64,000 bases of DNA, from NCBI RefSeq assembly GCF_001194135.2, contig NC_068985.1:18904838-18968837 (forward strand), read 5' to 3'. The notes under the pieces were generated by a model, which saw only the letters and a program-made list of their open reading frames with translations, was not told the DNA's origin and did not search any database. Origin of the DNA: Octopus bimaculoides (Eukaryota). Positions 12,321 to 25,362 of this stretch are shown here, piece after piece. The stretch's first letter is position 1; every line of letters starts with the position of its first letter. Both the position numbers and the translations under genes were made by a program.

Positions 12321-12704
12321 GTGGAGGCGCAATGGCCCAGTGGTTAGGGCAGCGGACTCTCGGTCATAGGATCGCGGTTTCGATTCCCAGACCGGGCGTT
12401 GTGAGTGTTTATTGAGCGAAAACACCTAAAGCTCCACGAGGCTCTGGCAGGGGATGGTGGCGAACCCTACTGTACTCTTTCACCACAACTTTCTCTCACT
12501 CTTACTTCCTGTTTCTGTTGTGCCTGTAATTCAAAGGGTCAGCCTTGTCACACTGTGTCACGCTGAATATCCCCGAGAACTACGTTAAGGCTACACGTGT
12601 CTGTGGAGTGCTCAGCCACTTGCACGTTAATTTCACGAGCAGGGTGTTCCGTTGATCGGATCAACTGGAACCCTCGACGTCGTAAGCAACGGAGTGCCAA
12701 CAAC
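12321..12704 (+). mobile_element. tRNA-derived SINE, same family as 3081-3472
   Basis: Near-identical sequence in opposite orientation; 13-bp target duplication TGGTGGTATTGAT at 12307 and 12705. Confidence 0.85.
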
Positions 12705-13079
12705 TGGTGGTATTGATTATGTCCCCCATAAACAACATGTTTGGCAGGGCTCAATATGACAACAACAGTATAAACCACCTGACATGAAAGACAAGCAAGG
12801 ACTGACATTAGAAAGGGCATCCAGACAGAAAATACTGCCTCAAGAAGTCTTGCACAGCCCACATTAACATGGGCAACATAAACTTAAGGACAATGATTTC
12901 GAGATGATGGAAATGCAATAGCTGATAGGAATCAAAATGGTTTCCAATACCTAACAGAATCAATAAAAAGAACCACTGTATCAAAGTGTTAAAATTCCAT
13001 GAATTAAAAATCTTTTAGTGGAAGATGAAATGTTTCATCAAATAAAAGCATATACAATTATAACAAAGAAATTATTTAC

Positions 13080-13232
13080 TTTAATAATACTTTGGTTTAG
13101 AAATTGGCAAAATTCTTTTTGAAGATTTTGGTACGGGGAATCTTTCTCGTCATTTTGTTCCTTGAGTTCTCCAAGTTGATTCAAATAAATTTCAGTCAGC
13201 CATGTGACAAGCATTGTCATCTGAGTACGGTC
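13080..13232 (-). CDS. VPS18: VPS18 exon (DRTQMTMLVTWLTEIYLNQLGELKEQNDEKDSPYQNLQKEFCQFLNQSIIK)
   Basis: TWLTEIYL matches human TWLTELYL; AG/GT boundaries. Confidence 0.96.
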
Positions 13233-14201
13233 CTACAAACAGACATGTTTCAGTGAAAAATTATTTGAAGCGATAATGCAACTGAAAACATTTAAAAACA
13301 TCTTATAGATAAGTTTGACTCAAGTAATATTAAGAGAGAATAAAAACAGACATTTGATATAGCTTCTTTAATTCTTAACTTCTGTATTGGTAAACAGTCA
13401 TATAAAAAGGTTGATATATAAACCTTAAAAAGGCTTGCTATACAGACCCTGTCCGTAAAATTGTTGGCTAGAACTATGACTTCATTCACACATTATTTTG
13501 CAAGGTTTTGCTTAATGGAATATATTCATAATTAGTAATTAATCAATTAATTAATTTTTTGGCTCTTGAAATGTTCTTAATTGTATTTATTACCACTACG
13601 ATATGATTATTATTAATATTTTTAATGTCCATTTTTCCATACTGATAAGAGTTGAACAAACTCTAATTAACAATTATTTTTATTTATATTTTTTAGCTAA
13701 AGCATGTCTTGTAAATTTAGAAATAATTTTATTAATATTTATTTCTATATTTTTAGCTAAAATCATAAAAGTATTTTGCATCTATAAATTGCACGGTCAT
13801 GACTATGGTGATGAAGCTTGCTTTGCAACCTTGAGGCTCTACATTCAGTCCTAATGTACAACACCTTGGGTAAATGTCTTCTACTGCAGGCAGGATTTCA
13901 TACCTTGTGATTGGAATTGATAAATAGAAACAGAGAAGAAACCTGAGGGGATCGAATAAATAGTGGCAAATTAACTAAGAAGCATCTTTGTGTCTCTTTC
14001 GCTAAACAGAACACTCAGAAAAATTTCAGGTAATTCAAATGGTCAATTCAGCTGGAATATCACCTGATGGGATAGTGACTGTTTAACACTATGAAGTCAC
14101 ATAGCGTTACCTAATAAATTATGGAATGGATTCGTATCTGTATTAAACCACACTACTGAAACGCATGTAGTGATGTTTTAAACTCTTTAAACATTTCTGT
14201 T

Positions 14202-14248
<47 letters not shown>

Positions 14249-14250
14249 TA

Positions 14251-14295
<45 letters not shown>

Positions 14296-14889
14296 ACAGA
14301 TGCCATACCACATGTTCTAATCAATACTGTCTGAGTGAAAACACTGTTTTTGTTTACAATCTTTGATAAGCAAAAAGTCTTGTAGTTTCAACTTTTGATA
14401 CATGGAAACTTTTCCCTTACTGGGAAAACTGGTAAAGGCTGGCAACAGGAAGAACATTTGGTTATAGAAACTCTGCCTCAACAAGTTTCATCATCTAATC
14501 CATACCACCATGAAAAAATGGACATAAAATTGAATGAACAAATGAATCAACATTGATAATTTACCAAAGCACATTCAAACATGTATAATTAAAAGGTTTA
14601 ATAATTTTAAAAAAATCTAAACATTTCACTCTCCCTGTAAAAATCAATTTCCAAACTGAGAAAAGCAATATCATTATACTGTATTTGCTCAAGTATAAAT
14701 TGTACAATTACATGATTTTAACTGAAAAAAATTGGCTGTGACATATACATGGGGCAAAGCTAAAACTATGAAGGGAGAAAATTTTGTACTAAGTTTTAAC
14801 ACTAAATTAAGAGGACAACAAACGTGCAAGTAAATACAGTAAAGTCCAGAACATAAACTGCTAAAATATTAGAACAAATTTACACTTAC

Positions 14890-15025
14890 CTGGACCCTAA
14901 GACTGTTCAGTTTCTGTGTAAGGAAAGCTTTTAGAGGTTCTTTATCTTCAAGATTAATAAACCTTAATGCAATTTCCTCAAAAGAACTTTGTGTGTTAGC
15001 GTACATGACAGCACTTTCTTTATAT
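14890..15025 (-). CDS. VPS18: VPS18 exon (YKESAVMYANTQSSFEEIALRFINLEDKEPLKAFLTQKLNSLRVQ)
   Basis: TQSSFEEIALRF matches human TQSYFEEIALKF; gtaagt donor. Confidence 0.96.
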
Positions 15026-15629
15026 CTACGTAAGAAGTAGGAACAAGTATTAAGACAAACATTTTAAAAATCAGTTAAGAACTTATATAAAACACAAATG
15101 TTGCTCAAATAGTTTCTGGTTAAATTCCCTTTAGGGATACCATAAACTCTAAAGGGATTTCAAGGGTTAGTGTTTAGTTGCTGTTCAATAGATGACAGAT
15201 AAAATCTTTTCTGATGAGGCTCATGAACTTAACAGTTAATATCTTATACATTTGTTCTTTTTGCTTCAACTTATTTTATTTCAAAATAATATGGTATTAA
15301 AAGCATTAGATGTTAGTATACAAGATAACTTAGTCATGGAATGATGGAAAAACTAGAAGAAGAAGTAGTGATATAGTAATCGGTGTTAGCAGAAATACAA
15401 ATAGTCAAAGTAAGAATGAACCCTTTTGGCATCAACCCATCTGAGACTGTTCCTGGTTCTAGGGTACAAACTTTCTGTTTTAAAGTAATTTCAATAAAAA
15501 TTTCTCATTAGAATTTCATGTTAATTTATGTTCAAAACATCAGCTTGATAATATGAAAATTATTTCACTCTATTTTCATCATTTTTGAAATTAATTGAAA
15601 TAGAGTATTTCAACAGAAATCATCTTCAT

Positions 15630-17480
15630 CATTTATTGTCTATTGTCCATGCTAGCATGGCTTAGCTGGTTTGACAGGAATTGCTAAGTTGGAGAGCTGT
15701 ACTAGGTTCCAGTCTGATTTTGGCTTGGTTTCTACAACTGGATGCCCTTCCCAATGTCAACAGTTCCAACAGTGTAGTGGGTGCCTTTTACATGTCGTTG
15801 ACACTGGTAATAATTATGATTTCACTTGGTTTGACGAATCTTCTCAAGCACAGCAAATCATCAAAGGACTCAGTCACTTGTCATCACTTCCATGACACCC
15901 AACACTCGAAGATCATGCTTCACACTACCTGGTTCCATATCTTCCTGGGTCTACCTCTTCTACAGCTTCCCTCCAGTTAGAGATTGGCACTTCTTTACAC
16001 AGCTGTCCTTGTCCATACACATTACATGACTGTACTAGCACAGTTATCTTCCTTGCACACCGCAGCAGATGCCTCTTATGCCCAGTTCTTCTCTCAAGAT
16101 GCTTACACTTTGTTGAATGTGCACACTGACATTGTACATCCAGCAAAGCATACTAGCTTCATTACTTACAAGCTTTCACATGTCCTCTGCAGTCACAGCC
16201 CTTGTTTCACTGCCATGTTGTATAGCTGTTCAAACATAGGCATCATACAATATGCTTTTCACTCTGAGAGAGAGGCTCTTTGTTATCAACAAAGGTAGGA
16301 GCTCTCTCAACTTTGCCCAGCCTATTCTTATTCTAGCAGCCATGTTCTCGGTACATCCACCTCCACTGCTGACTTGGGTCATTTAGATAGGGGAAGCTAT
16401 CAATTACTTCTAGGTACCCCCACCTGCCATTTCATGGAGTCTATTTTCTGTACATTTCTTTTTTTTTTTAATGCCCACAAGGGGCTAAACGTAGAGGGGA
16501 CAAACAAGGACAGACAAATGGATTAAGTCGATTACATCGACCCCAGTGCGTAACTGGTACTTAATTTATCGACCCCGAAAGGATAAAAGGCAAAGTCGAC
16601 CTCAGCGGAATTTGAACTCAGAATGTAACGGCAGACGAAATACTGCTAAGCATTTCGCCCGGCGTGCTAACGTTTCTGCCAGCTCGCCGCCTTCATTTTC
16701 TGTACATTTCTAGTGTTTATTGTACCTGTACATCTGTCACATACAAAAACTATTTTCCCTGTTAACCTTCCTCTGATATTGCTATACCTCTTGTGCTCAT
16801 AGCCTGCACTGGGTACATGTTATGGAGTTTCTACCTACACCTTTCCTACATATCGAGCAGGGCCATCTATCTGAAGGGATTTGTGATTTGTCTGCTTTCC
16901 TACTTACTAAGATTTGGGTTTTTGCTAAATTAATTCTAAGGCTCTTTGTTCCAGACCTTGCTTTCACACCTGAAATTTTTTTGCTCCAGTTCTGGTAGTG
17001 ATTCAGCTAAAAGAACAAGGTCATCATCAGCATAAAAGAATTCCCAGGGGCAGTCTGATTTAAATTCTTCTGTTATTACCTGGAGAACTATGATGAACAG
17101 TGAGGAGAGGGGTCAGAACTGATCCTTGATGAACTACTTATGCACTGAATTCATTGCTAACCGTCACCTTGTTGACAGCATCCCTGCACATGGTTTGTAC
17201 AGCTCTCACTAATTGTCAACTATCCTTAGTTACTGCATTGACCAACAGATAAGGGAGAAGAGGACCCTGTTGAAGGCTTTCTCCATGTCAACAAGAACCA
17301 AGTACAGAGGTTTATTTTTGGCTAGGTACTTCTGCAGCTGCCTTACCAGGAATATAGCATCAGTGGTGCTTCTCTCTGGCACAAAACTAACCTGCATCTC
17401 ATCCAGACTAACACAAACACTTTGGAAAAGGTCAGAACAACAGAATTTACAGTTCTTTCTTGTGCTTAAATAATTTTTAA
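15630..17480 (-). mobile_element. Degenerate RTE LINE (RT through 3' tail)
   Basis: STTDAIFLVRQLQ.KYLAKNKPLY..VDMEKAFNRV at 17230-17430; same sequence family as 37533-37870. Confidence 0.85.
16460..16694 (-). mobile_element. SINE (second family) inserted into an RTE relic
   Basis: 17-bp target duplication ATTTTCTGTACATTTCT (16443, 16695) and A-tail. Related copies near 9585, 11190, 17660, 23640, 50360, 60575, 60830 and 61480. Confidence 0.85.
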
Positions 17481-18041
17481 TATTAATCATCATCATCATC
17501 ATCATCGTTTAACGTCCGCTTTCCATGCTAGCATGGGTTGGACGATTTGACTGAGGACTGGTGAAACTGGATGGCAACACCAGGCTCCAATCTAAATTTG
17601 GCAGAGTTTCTACAGCTGGATGCCCTTTCTAATGCCAACCACTCAGAGGAATGCATTAAAGTGGTGAGCTGGCAGAATCATTACCACGCTGGACATTTTG
17701 TTCGCTCTTACATTCTGAGTTCAAATTCTGCTGAAGTCAACTTTGTTTTTCATCTTTCTTTCAGGGCCAATAAAATAAGTACCAGTTGAGCAATGGGGGT
17801 GATGTAATCAACTTATCCCCTGGCCCAGACTTGCTGGCCTTGTACCAAAATTTGAAACCAATATTAATGAATGCATTTGGGAACAGTATCCAAGTTCTCA
17901 TAGGGGTGATGCCACCACATTTCTTCTGAATAAATGGTGTGTTGATAAATAGAATAGTCAATCTTGCTCATTAACACATACACAGAAAAACAACTCTTAA
18001 ATGAACTGGTATGAATTGATAATAATTAAACTAGAACTTAC

Positions 18042-18106
18042 CTTTTTAAAGAAAAAAGATGGTCTGCTTCTTTAGTCAATACTTCGTCTAATTGCATCCT
18101 ATTGTC
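18042..18106 (-). CDS. VPS18: VPS18 exon (DNRMQLDEVLTKEADHLFSLK)
   Basis: Aligns with human LDTVLAREADFCF; ttttag acceptor, gtaagt donor. Confidence 0.93.
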
Positions 18107-19146
18107 CTAAAATAAGAAGAAAACTCATAGTGATATGTTGATGATGGGGTACAACTGAAACACTGCTAAAAATAGCCTTTTGTTGTTTGTTACTTTAGTA
18201 TAACTTGTATTGGTTACTATATTTACAATAATTTGTATTCTGATTTGCTTTGGTGAAACCTTCTGTTGAGTTCACTTAGGATAGGACAGAAAACAGGCTA
18301 TTACTAGACACATTAAACCACATGAAGCATGGGCAACTACTTTCAAGTCATCATTAGGTAACCCTCGTTTGTAGTTTTGTAAAAAAAATATATTTGGTGT
18401 ATATTACAGAATTTACATTAGTAAAATATTGAACTGATCCAAGAGAGACAAAGGTGAGATTAAGTAAAATTAACAAAATCAATGATAAGGATTGAAGCAT
18501 GTTTCAAGCTACAAGACGCCATCAGCATAATATAGCTTTGATGATCAGATGACAAATAGCTTTACTGGTAGCAAAAGAGTTATGAATAATTTTTAGCCCT
18601 CTTATTTGTGTAATAGAAAAAAATTTTTTTTATGGGAAATAACTCAAATGAACTACTGATGAAAAAACAAATCAGAATATTAATTGTGGTAAACATGGCA
18701 ACCAGTTTATTGAAATTTTCCTCTTAATTGGAGAAAGAAAACAGAAAATTAGCAGTAATTTTCAATGACTCTCAAAGGTAGGAAGGAAATCATTTCAAGA
18801 AATTAAGAATTGGTCACTCAAAGTTTATTTATATCCCAAGGGTAAAGAACAGCCTATGCTATGACAATGAGATTAAAGAGACTGAAACATGTCTGTGGTT
18901 GTCTCTTACTTACAAACAATGATCAGACTTTTCTCTCCCCATGTAAATTAACTTCGAGGGACATACTATTCATGATCACTATGTTTGTAGGAAATATCTA
19001 TTTTAAATCATAAAAACAATAATCTTAAACCTTTTACCACTCTGCATCAGATGCATTATTATGACCTCAAATGTACCTTTATGATTTGTTAAGATAATAC
19101 CTGAATTTTTAAACAAGATGTGAAAATAATTAAAAAACATTATTAC

Positions 19147-19207
19147 TCGACAATATTCTTTAGCTTGGTCAAATTTGCCTTGGTCAAGATAGATCCGCCA
19201 GACATCC
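19147..19207 (-). CDS. VPS18: VPS18 exon (RDVWRIYLDQGKFDQAKEYCR)
   Basis: Close match to human RDVWRTYLDMNRFDLAKEYCR. Confidence 0.96.
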
Positions 19208-20616
19208 CTGCAAAAAATTTTTTTAGATATATAGCTAATACAATAAACTGAAAAGAATTTAAAAAACCTTTATATAAATAATGTATGCAAATGAAACACT
19301 TAAAAATATAAATGAAAATAATGATATTAAAAATAACTTGATAAGAATGAATTGCTTAGTAAATTACAAAATAATTTTGGAAAATGATGAAATGATTAGA
19401 ATTGTTAGACACATCTAACTCACTATCTTTACAAACTACTTTATGTTTTAAATAGTCCAGGGTCTTCATTTGATATATGTACCTTGCCTCTAAAAAATCC
19501 TGTATATCTAATATTTGGATTATTTTTGTCCCACAGTATGTTCTGTACATCTATTACTTGCACTGAAGACAAAACACCAAGTTACTATCAACACCCTTCT
19601 TATATACAAAGTAAGGTATTTTCTAGATAGTATTGGTTTTTGAAGTTTCAACATATAGCTATAGACCTTGCTATATCTAATTTCCTAATACAAAGAAAGC
19701 CCACTGTCGGACATGGAAAAAATGGTTATGTTGATTTGGTGCTAGTTGCAGAAGAGGTTATTTAGAAAAAGGAAATAATATAACAAGGATGGCTATTGAT
19801 AGCAGGAAATGATGTTTATAGTGAAATTTTTTATCTTTCACTTGTTTCAGTAATTGAACTGTGGCCATTCTGGGACACTACCTTGAAGGGTTTAGTTGAA
19901 AAAAATCAACCCAGTACTTTCCTTTTTGTTTTAAGTTTTGTTCTTGCTGTATCAGTCTCTCTTGCAGAACTGCTAAGTTACAGGTTTGTAAGCAAATGAA
20001 TACTGGTTGTCAAAGGAGTGGCCAGGGACAGGTAGACAAACACACAATTATGTGTGCGTGCGTGTGTGTAAGACATGGGACAAGGTGGTGAAGCATGATC
20101 TTCAAACGCTGGGCTTCACAAAGGCAATGACAAGTGACTGGCACCTTTGGCAATATGCTTTGCTTGAGAAGACCCCATCAAACCAAGTGAAATCATAGTC
20201 ATGGCCGATGCTGGTGTCACGTAACTGGCACGTAAAAAGCACCCATTACACTCTTGGAGTGGTTGGTGCTAGGAAGGGCGTCTAGCCTTAGAAACTAAGG
20301 CAAATCAGATTGGTACTTGGTGTAGCCCTCCAGCTTACCAGTTTCAGTCAAACTGTCTAACCCATGACAGCATGGAAAGCAGACACTAAATGATGATGAT
20401 GATGATACAGCCAGAAGAGATATATATAAGAACAAATTGTACAAGCATATGTCTGATAATAAAAAACAAAATGAATTCTGAAATTAAACATAAACCAAAC
20501 ATAAAGGTAGCACCTCAAGATGGCCAGAGCCTCTTACTGAAACCAATATAAGAATAAAAGAATATATATTTAGGTTGTAGTTATGCAAAAAGGAATCGAA
20601 CAATATAAGAACAAAC

Positions 20617-20720
20617 CTGTACTCCTGGTTAACTTTATAACTATAGATGTGTTGGGAAGTGTATGCCCAAATATTTCCAGACACAGGATCTTTACACAGT
20701 CCAATGAATTTTCCAACCCT
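20617..20720 (-). CDS. VPS18: VPS18 exon (RVGKFIGLCKDPVSGNIWAYTSQHIYSYKVNQEY)
   Basis: Aligns with human KD..TGQLWAYT; AG/GT boundaries. Confidence 0.93.
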
Positions 20721-21206
20721 CTGAAAACATGAAAACAAAAGCTGATGAGTTAAAATGAAAGTTGTTCCTTCTACTACTACATCTCTTTATAATTCAGTAA
20801 TCCTATTTTTATTCTCCACAGCCCCTCTCCACTCAATTTACCCCTCCACCCCATCCTCACCGGCTTCTCCTTCACTTCCTTCTCCCTCTCTCTCACTCAG
20901 TTTCTCAGACATGAAATATGTTTGCTGTCTTTCATTTATTTCTCTTCTGATAGGTTTAAACTGAAGGCAAACTCTGCTTGCAATGTTGGACAATCCATTC
21001 CTCATGGCAATTTCACAGTACTTTTTCTGGTGCTTTTACCAAATAAACAAAACAAATCTATCTTAAAATTATCTACTCTATAATCTAACAAATACTAATA
21101 TATCAAAATAATATTCAGTCTCAAAAACAAATTTGTTTGCTGTAGTGACACCAAAACTTCTGAAATGCTAAAATATGAAGTTTAGACAGCTAGTCCAGTG
21201 GAAGCC

Positions 21207-21333
<127 letters not shown>

Positions 21334-21874
21334 TGAATTGCTACACTACACTTTAGACTACCATGTGCGATGTTTGACAATCATTATTTCAATGTTTGCC
21401 TTGCCATGCTTGCATGGTTGGACAGAGTTTATTGAGGCAGATTTTTTTTTATGGCTGGATGCCCTTCCTGTCACCAACCCTCATCTGTTTCTAAGCAAGG
21501 TAATATTTTTCCATGGCCAGACATACTTTTGTGGAATATTCAAAATGAAAGCTAATACTTGTGTCTACATATCCAACTGCTGTAAATTTAAGTGGAGTTT
21601 ATTGAATTTTCTCAACAGCAATCAAAAACGTTCACACATAGCAGAAAGTAAATGGAAGTAATAAATGAAGGGATAGCTAGAAATATGTCTTAACAAATAT
21701 TCTTACTATCAAAAAGGACCTTTACAAAATTAGATTAAATATCAAGTTGAAAGTAATTTTATTTTAAACTGATAAACATAGGATTTGATTTTTACCGTGA
21801 GAAAATTTCAAAATTGTTTTTTCTTTTTTTTTTTTAAATGAAGGAATGAAGTGAAAAGACAAAGAGACACTGAC

Positions 21875-21932
21875 CTCTGGAAATACATCATCATAAATCA
21901 GTTGCTCATTAAGAAGGCACACTGCTTTCATC
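21875..21932 (-). CDS. VPS18: VPS18 exon (RMKAVCLLNEQLIYDDVFPE)
   Basis: Aligns with human RVEAVCTLTGQVVLRDHF; AG/GT boundaries. Confidence 0.92.
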
Positions 21933-24663
21933 CTGAAGAAGAAAATATGGACAAATCCAAATGATTCTTAGATATTTTTTATCATTGCAGTTTAACTCTT
22001 TAGCATTCAGATTACTGTATCAAATGTAATGCTTATTAATTCGCATTTTATAAAAATTAGTCATGTATTATCTAGTAGCTTAGAGATTTTGAAGATGTGA
22101 CTGTTTAGAATGATATTTTAGGGCAGGTGTGGTATGCTGGATCTGGCCAGTTTAAACATAAAACAGGTAGAACATTTGGGTTGGATATCACCTGTTTAAA
22201 TGCTAAAGGGTTAAAATACCTTATTACAAGAATATGGAAAGTGAAACTATCTACTTTACCCATATATTGCTGCAACTTCTCTTCAAAGTAGAGTTCTTTA
22301 GATACCATACACTTATACAGTAGGCAAAGTATTCAAAATAAATATTTTCAATGTACTTACTATATTCACCAAGGAGCATTATAAAATAAGCTTAGGTTTC
22401 CTTCACATAGATCTCAGCTATCTTAATTCTGATTAAAACATATGAAAACAGAAACAAATTTTCTTATTCTCTTCTCCTTAAAATATGTTCAAATATCACC
22501 TTTATATTAATTAATTCTGTAGATTAATATAACTTAATAAGAGTTTTTAACAGAAATATACTTTTGTCTATTCTGCTAATTCTTAAGAACCAGAATGGAT
22601 CTATTAAATAACTGCTTTAATGTCAAGATTGTCACTGATCTGAAATGGTTACCTAAACAGAGATTTACATTTCAGGATGTTCATGACATTTATTGGCAAA
22701 CAAATGCAATTATAAAATAAATTTCATTGCAAAAAGAGACAAGAGAGAAAAAAATGACTTTCTCATAAAAGCCTTTCAATATGTCATGTCAGACTGTTTC
22801 CTTTCAATTTTAGTTTATTTTACTATAATTCATCATAATCATCATCGTTTAACGTCCGCTTTCCATGCTAGCATGGGTTGGACGATTTGACTGAGGACTG
22901 GTGAAACCGGTTGGCAGATTTGGCAGAGTTTCTACAGCTGGATGCCCTTCCTAACGCCAACCACTCAGAGAGTGTAGTGGGTGCTTTTACGTGTCACCTG
23001 CACAAAGGCCAGTCAGGCGGTACTATATATATTATCACTGTAAAAATAGTTCATGCCAACAAAAGCAGATACTACCGCTAACAGGCATATAAATAAACCT
23101 TATTTTGAATGGCTGCAGGCCCTAATAATGCCTGTATAGTTAAAGCTCTAATATAGTTTGTATTTATACTAAATAACATGCTATAAGCATGTTTATAGAG
23201 AATTTTTCTTTTGGCGAATTTTGAGCTGTTTAGTTTAGTGTTCTTGTAATATTTAAAACAAAATCTAATTAATTATAACGTCCTCTTTAAAGGAAAAAGT
23301 TTTGCTTGGTCGTCATCATCATTTAACGTCTGTTGTCCGTGTTGGCATGCTGGAAGGCTGCACCAGACTCCAGTATGATCTGGTATGGTTTTTTATGGCG
23401 GGATGCCCTTCCTAATGCCAACCACTCCAAGAGTGTAATGGGTGCTTTTACGTGCCATTCCCATGACACCAGGGTGCTTTTACATGCCACTGGTATCTGC
23501 CATGACTGCGATTTTGCTTGGCTTGATGGGTCTTCTTCTCAAGCACAACAAAATGCCAAAGGTCTTGGTCATTGCCTCCATGAGGCCAATGAAATTAATG
23601 TGAATAAGCAATATAAAAAAAGCCTATACAAATTAATATTGGTTTCAAATTTTGGCACAAGACCAGCAATTTAGGGGGCAGGGTAAGTTGCAATACATTG
23701 ACTCCAGTGCTCATCTGGTACTTATTCTATCAAATCAAAAAGGATGAAAGGCAGTCGACCTAAGTGGAATTTGAATTCAGACTGTAAAGATGGACAAAAT
23801 GCCACTAAGCATTTTGCCTGGCATGGTGACAATTCCGCCAGCTCGCCACCTTAAATCTACAAATTAATATTAACTCAACTATTAATATACAAAACACTTC
23901 CCTTATATTAGATTTGAAGGTGTTATTATACACTGGGCTACTAATAAAGATTTCATCCATGTAGTGAATCTAGGGTGTCAGTTTGGAAGACACCATCTCC
24001 AAATTCCTGTATTAACAGGAAGCTTACAAAACTTTCATCAATCCTATAGGGTTAAGCTGTACTGCTTCATCTATTCATAGCTATCTAGATTGAGTTTTTT
24101 TATTTTTTGAATAGAGTACCTTGACTTAAGACACAACATAGCACTGGTGATAAGAGATGGACTGAAAATGGAACACAGTGATTAGGCACAGCTGTTTGGA
24201 TGTTAATGATTTGACAGGGCTAACTGAACATTTAGCCTGTTTTGGTGTCAGTACCTTTTGGCACTAGTGACAACCATACAAACACACATGCATGAACACA
24301 CAGAAATATACGCATAGAGATAGAGTGAGGGAGAGAGAGAAAGATATATAACAATTTATTAATTAGACACAACTAACATCTACATTTTCTCTTTCCCCAC
24401 ACACACACAGACACTCACAGAGAGAGAGAGAGAGAGATAGAGAGAGAACAAAAGAAACATTAAAATGTCTTTATGGAAGGGGAACATTATAATTAAAATG
24501 TTTACCTTCAAATAAGTGGTGTCAAAATGCCTTATACCTAGACTAAAGACCCTTCTGTTGGTAAGTCAATACTACTACTGATTTAGACAACAGCAGCCTT
24601 TAATACCAGTTAAAAAAAAAGAAAGTAAGTTACAAAAGGAATTAAAGATTTGTCTTCACTCAC

Positions 24664-24747
24664 CTGTCAGGAAAAAGTATAAGAACATGAAATTCAGTGA
24701 GAACAATGGAAAGAGGTACGACTTTATTGTTGCTCTCAACAGGGTAA
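24664..24747 (-). CDS. VPS18: VPS18 exon (YPVESNNKVVPLSIVLTEFHVLILFPD)
   Basis: PLSIVLTEFH matches human PLAIVLTQFH; gtgagt donor. The 5' boundary is inferred from frame (see findings). Confidence 0.85.
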
Positions 24748-25280
24748 TTGAAATGGTTCAGGAAAATAAGTTTTTTTTAAAAGCATCATACATGTATTTG
24801 TTTTGTAAGATTCTTGGAAGTAAAATCTTGTATTGAAACTTGGAGATAAACATAATGTAAAAAAATAAGCAATTACACAGAGGAGATGCATGAGAGCCAC
24901 ATTATCATTGATAAGGTCATGGGCTGTGATGAAAGAGCTTTGTTAATTTAGGTAACTAAATGACTAATCATCTAATTAATTGACAATAAAATTGAAGTGA
25001 AATACAATCAGTGCATGCACTTTGTTGACAACATGACCTATGCTTACGTAACCATATTCTTAAAAAACATAAGTGTCAAGACCATCAATTTACAAAAGTT
25101 TTTAAGTGTTATTCTTTGGTTTGAATAGTTCAAAGTTGGTATAAACAACAATTCTAACACATTAGAAAAAGACCAGCATGACCGCAGTCCAATGACTGAA
25201 ACCAGTAACAAGTAAAAGGTAACTGTTTTATATATATGGGTGAATAAACCTAACAGAAAAAATTATACTAAAAAGGATAT
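24748..25280 (-). other. U12-type (minor spliceosome) intron of VPS18, probable AT-AA termini
   Basis: 5' end ATATCCTTTT; branch-like TTCCTGAAC at 24764-24756; no GT-AG pair preserves the conserved YP. Confidence 0.75.
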
Positions 25281-25362
25281 GGCATAAGTTTAGAGTTGAC
25301 AGTAACAGAGTTTGGGCCAGCAGCACCTTGGACATTAATATCACCATAGTAGATTCCGGGTC
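25281..25362 (-). CDS. VPS18: VPS18 exon (GPGIYYGDINVQGAAGPNSVTVNSKLMP), ending at a U12-type donor
   Basis: Aligns with human GDGVLYG. Read-through hits TAG after YPF; ATATCCTTTT begins at 25280. Confidence 0.85.

Noticed and set aside
12321-12400. tRNA-like heads here and at 3472, 38290 and 41280 as tRNA genes
   Set aside because: They continue into SINE bodies with tails and target duplications, and no complete cloverleaf is evident.
15122-15160. Short inverted repeat TCCCTTTAG/CTAAAGGGA
   Set aside because: Too short to distinguish from chance or a decayed MITE.
19356-19550. Exon-like minus-strand ORF with an AG|GTACAT donor
   Set aside because: No VPS18 similarity, and the flanking exons already join in phase without it.
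20737-20773. CTGATGAG..GAAA canonical hammerhead-like core
   Set aside because: Stems I and II are only 2-3 weak pairs, consistent with chance in AT-rich DNA.
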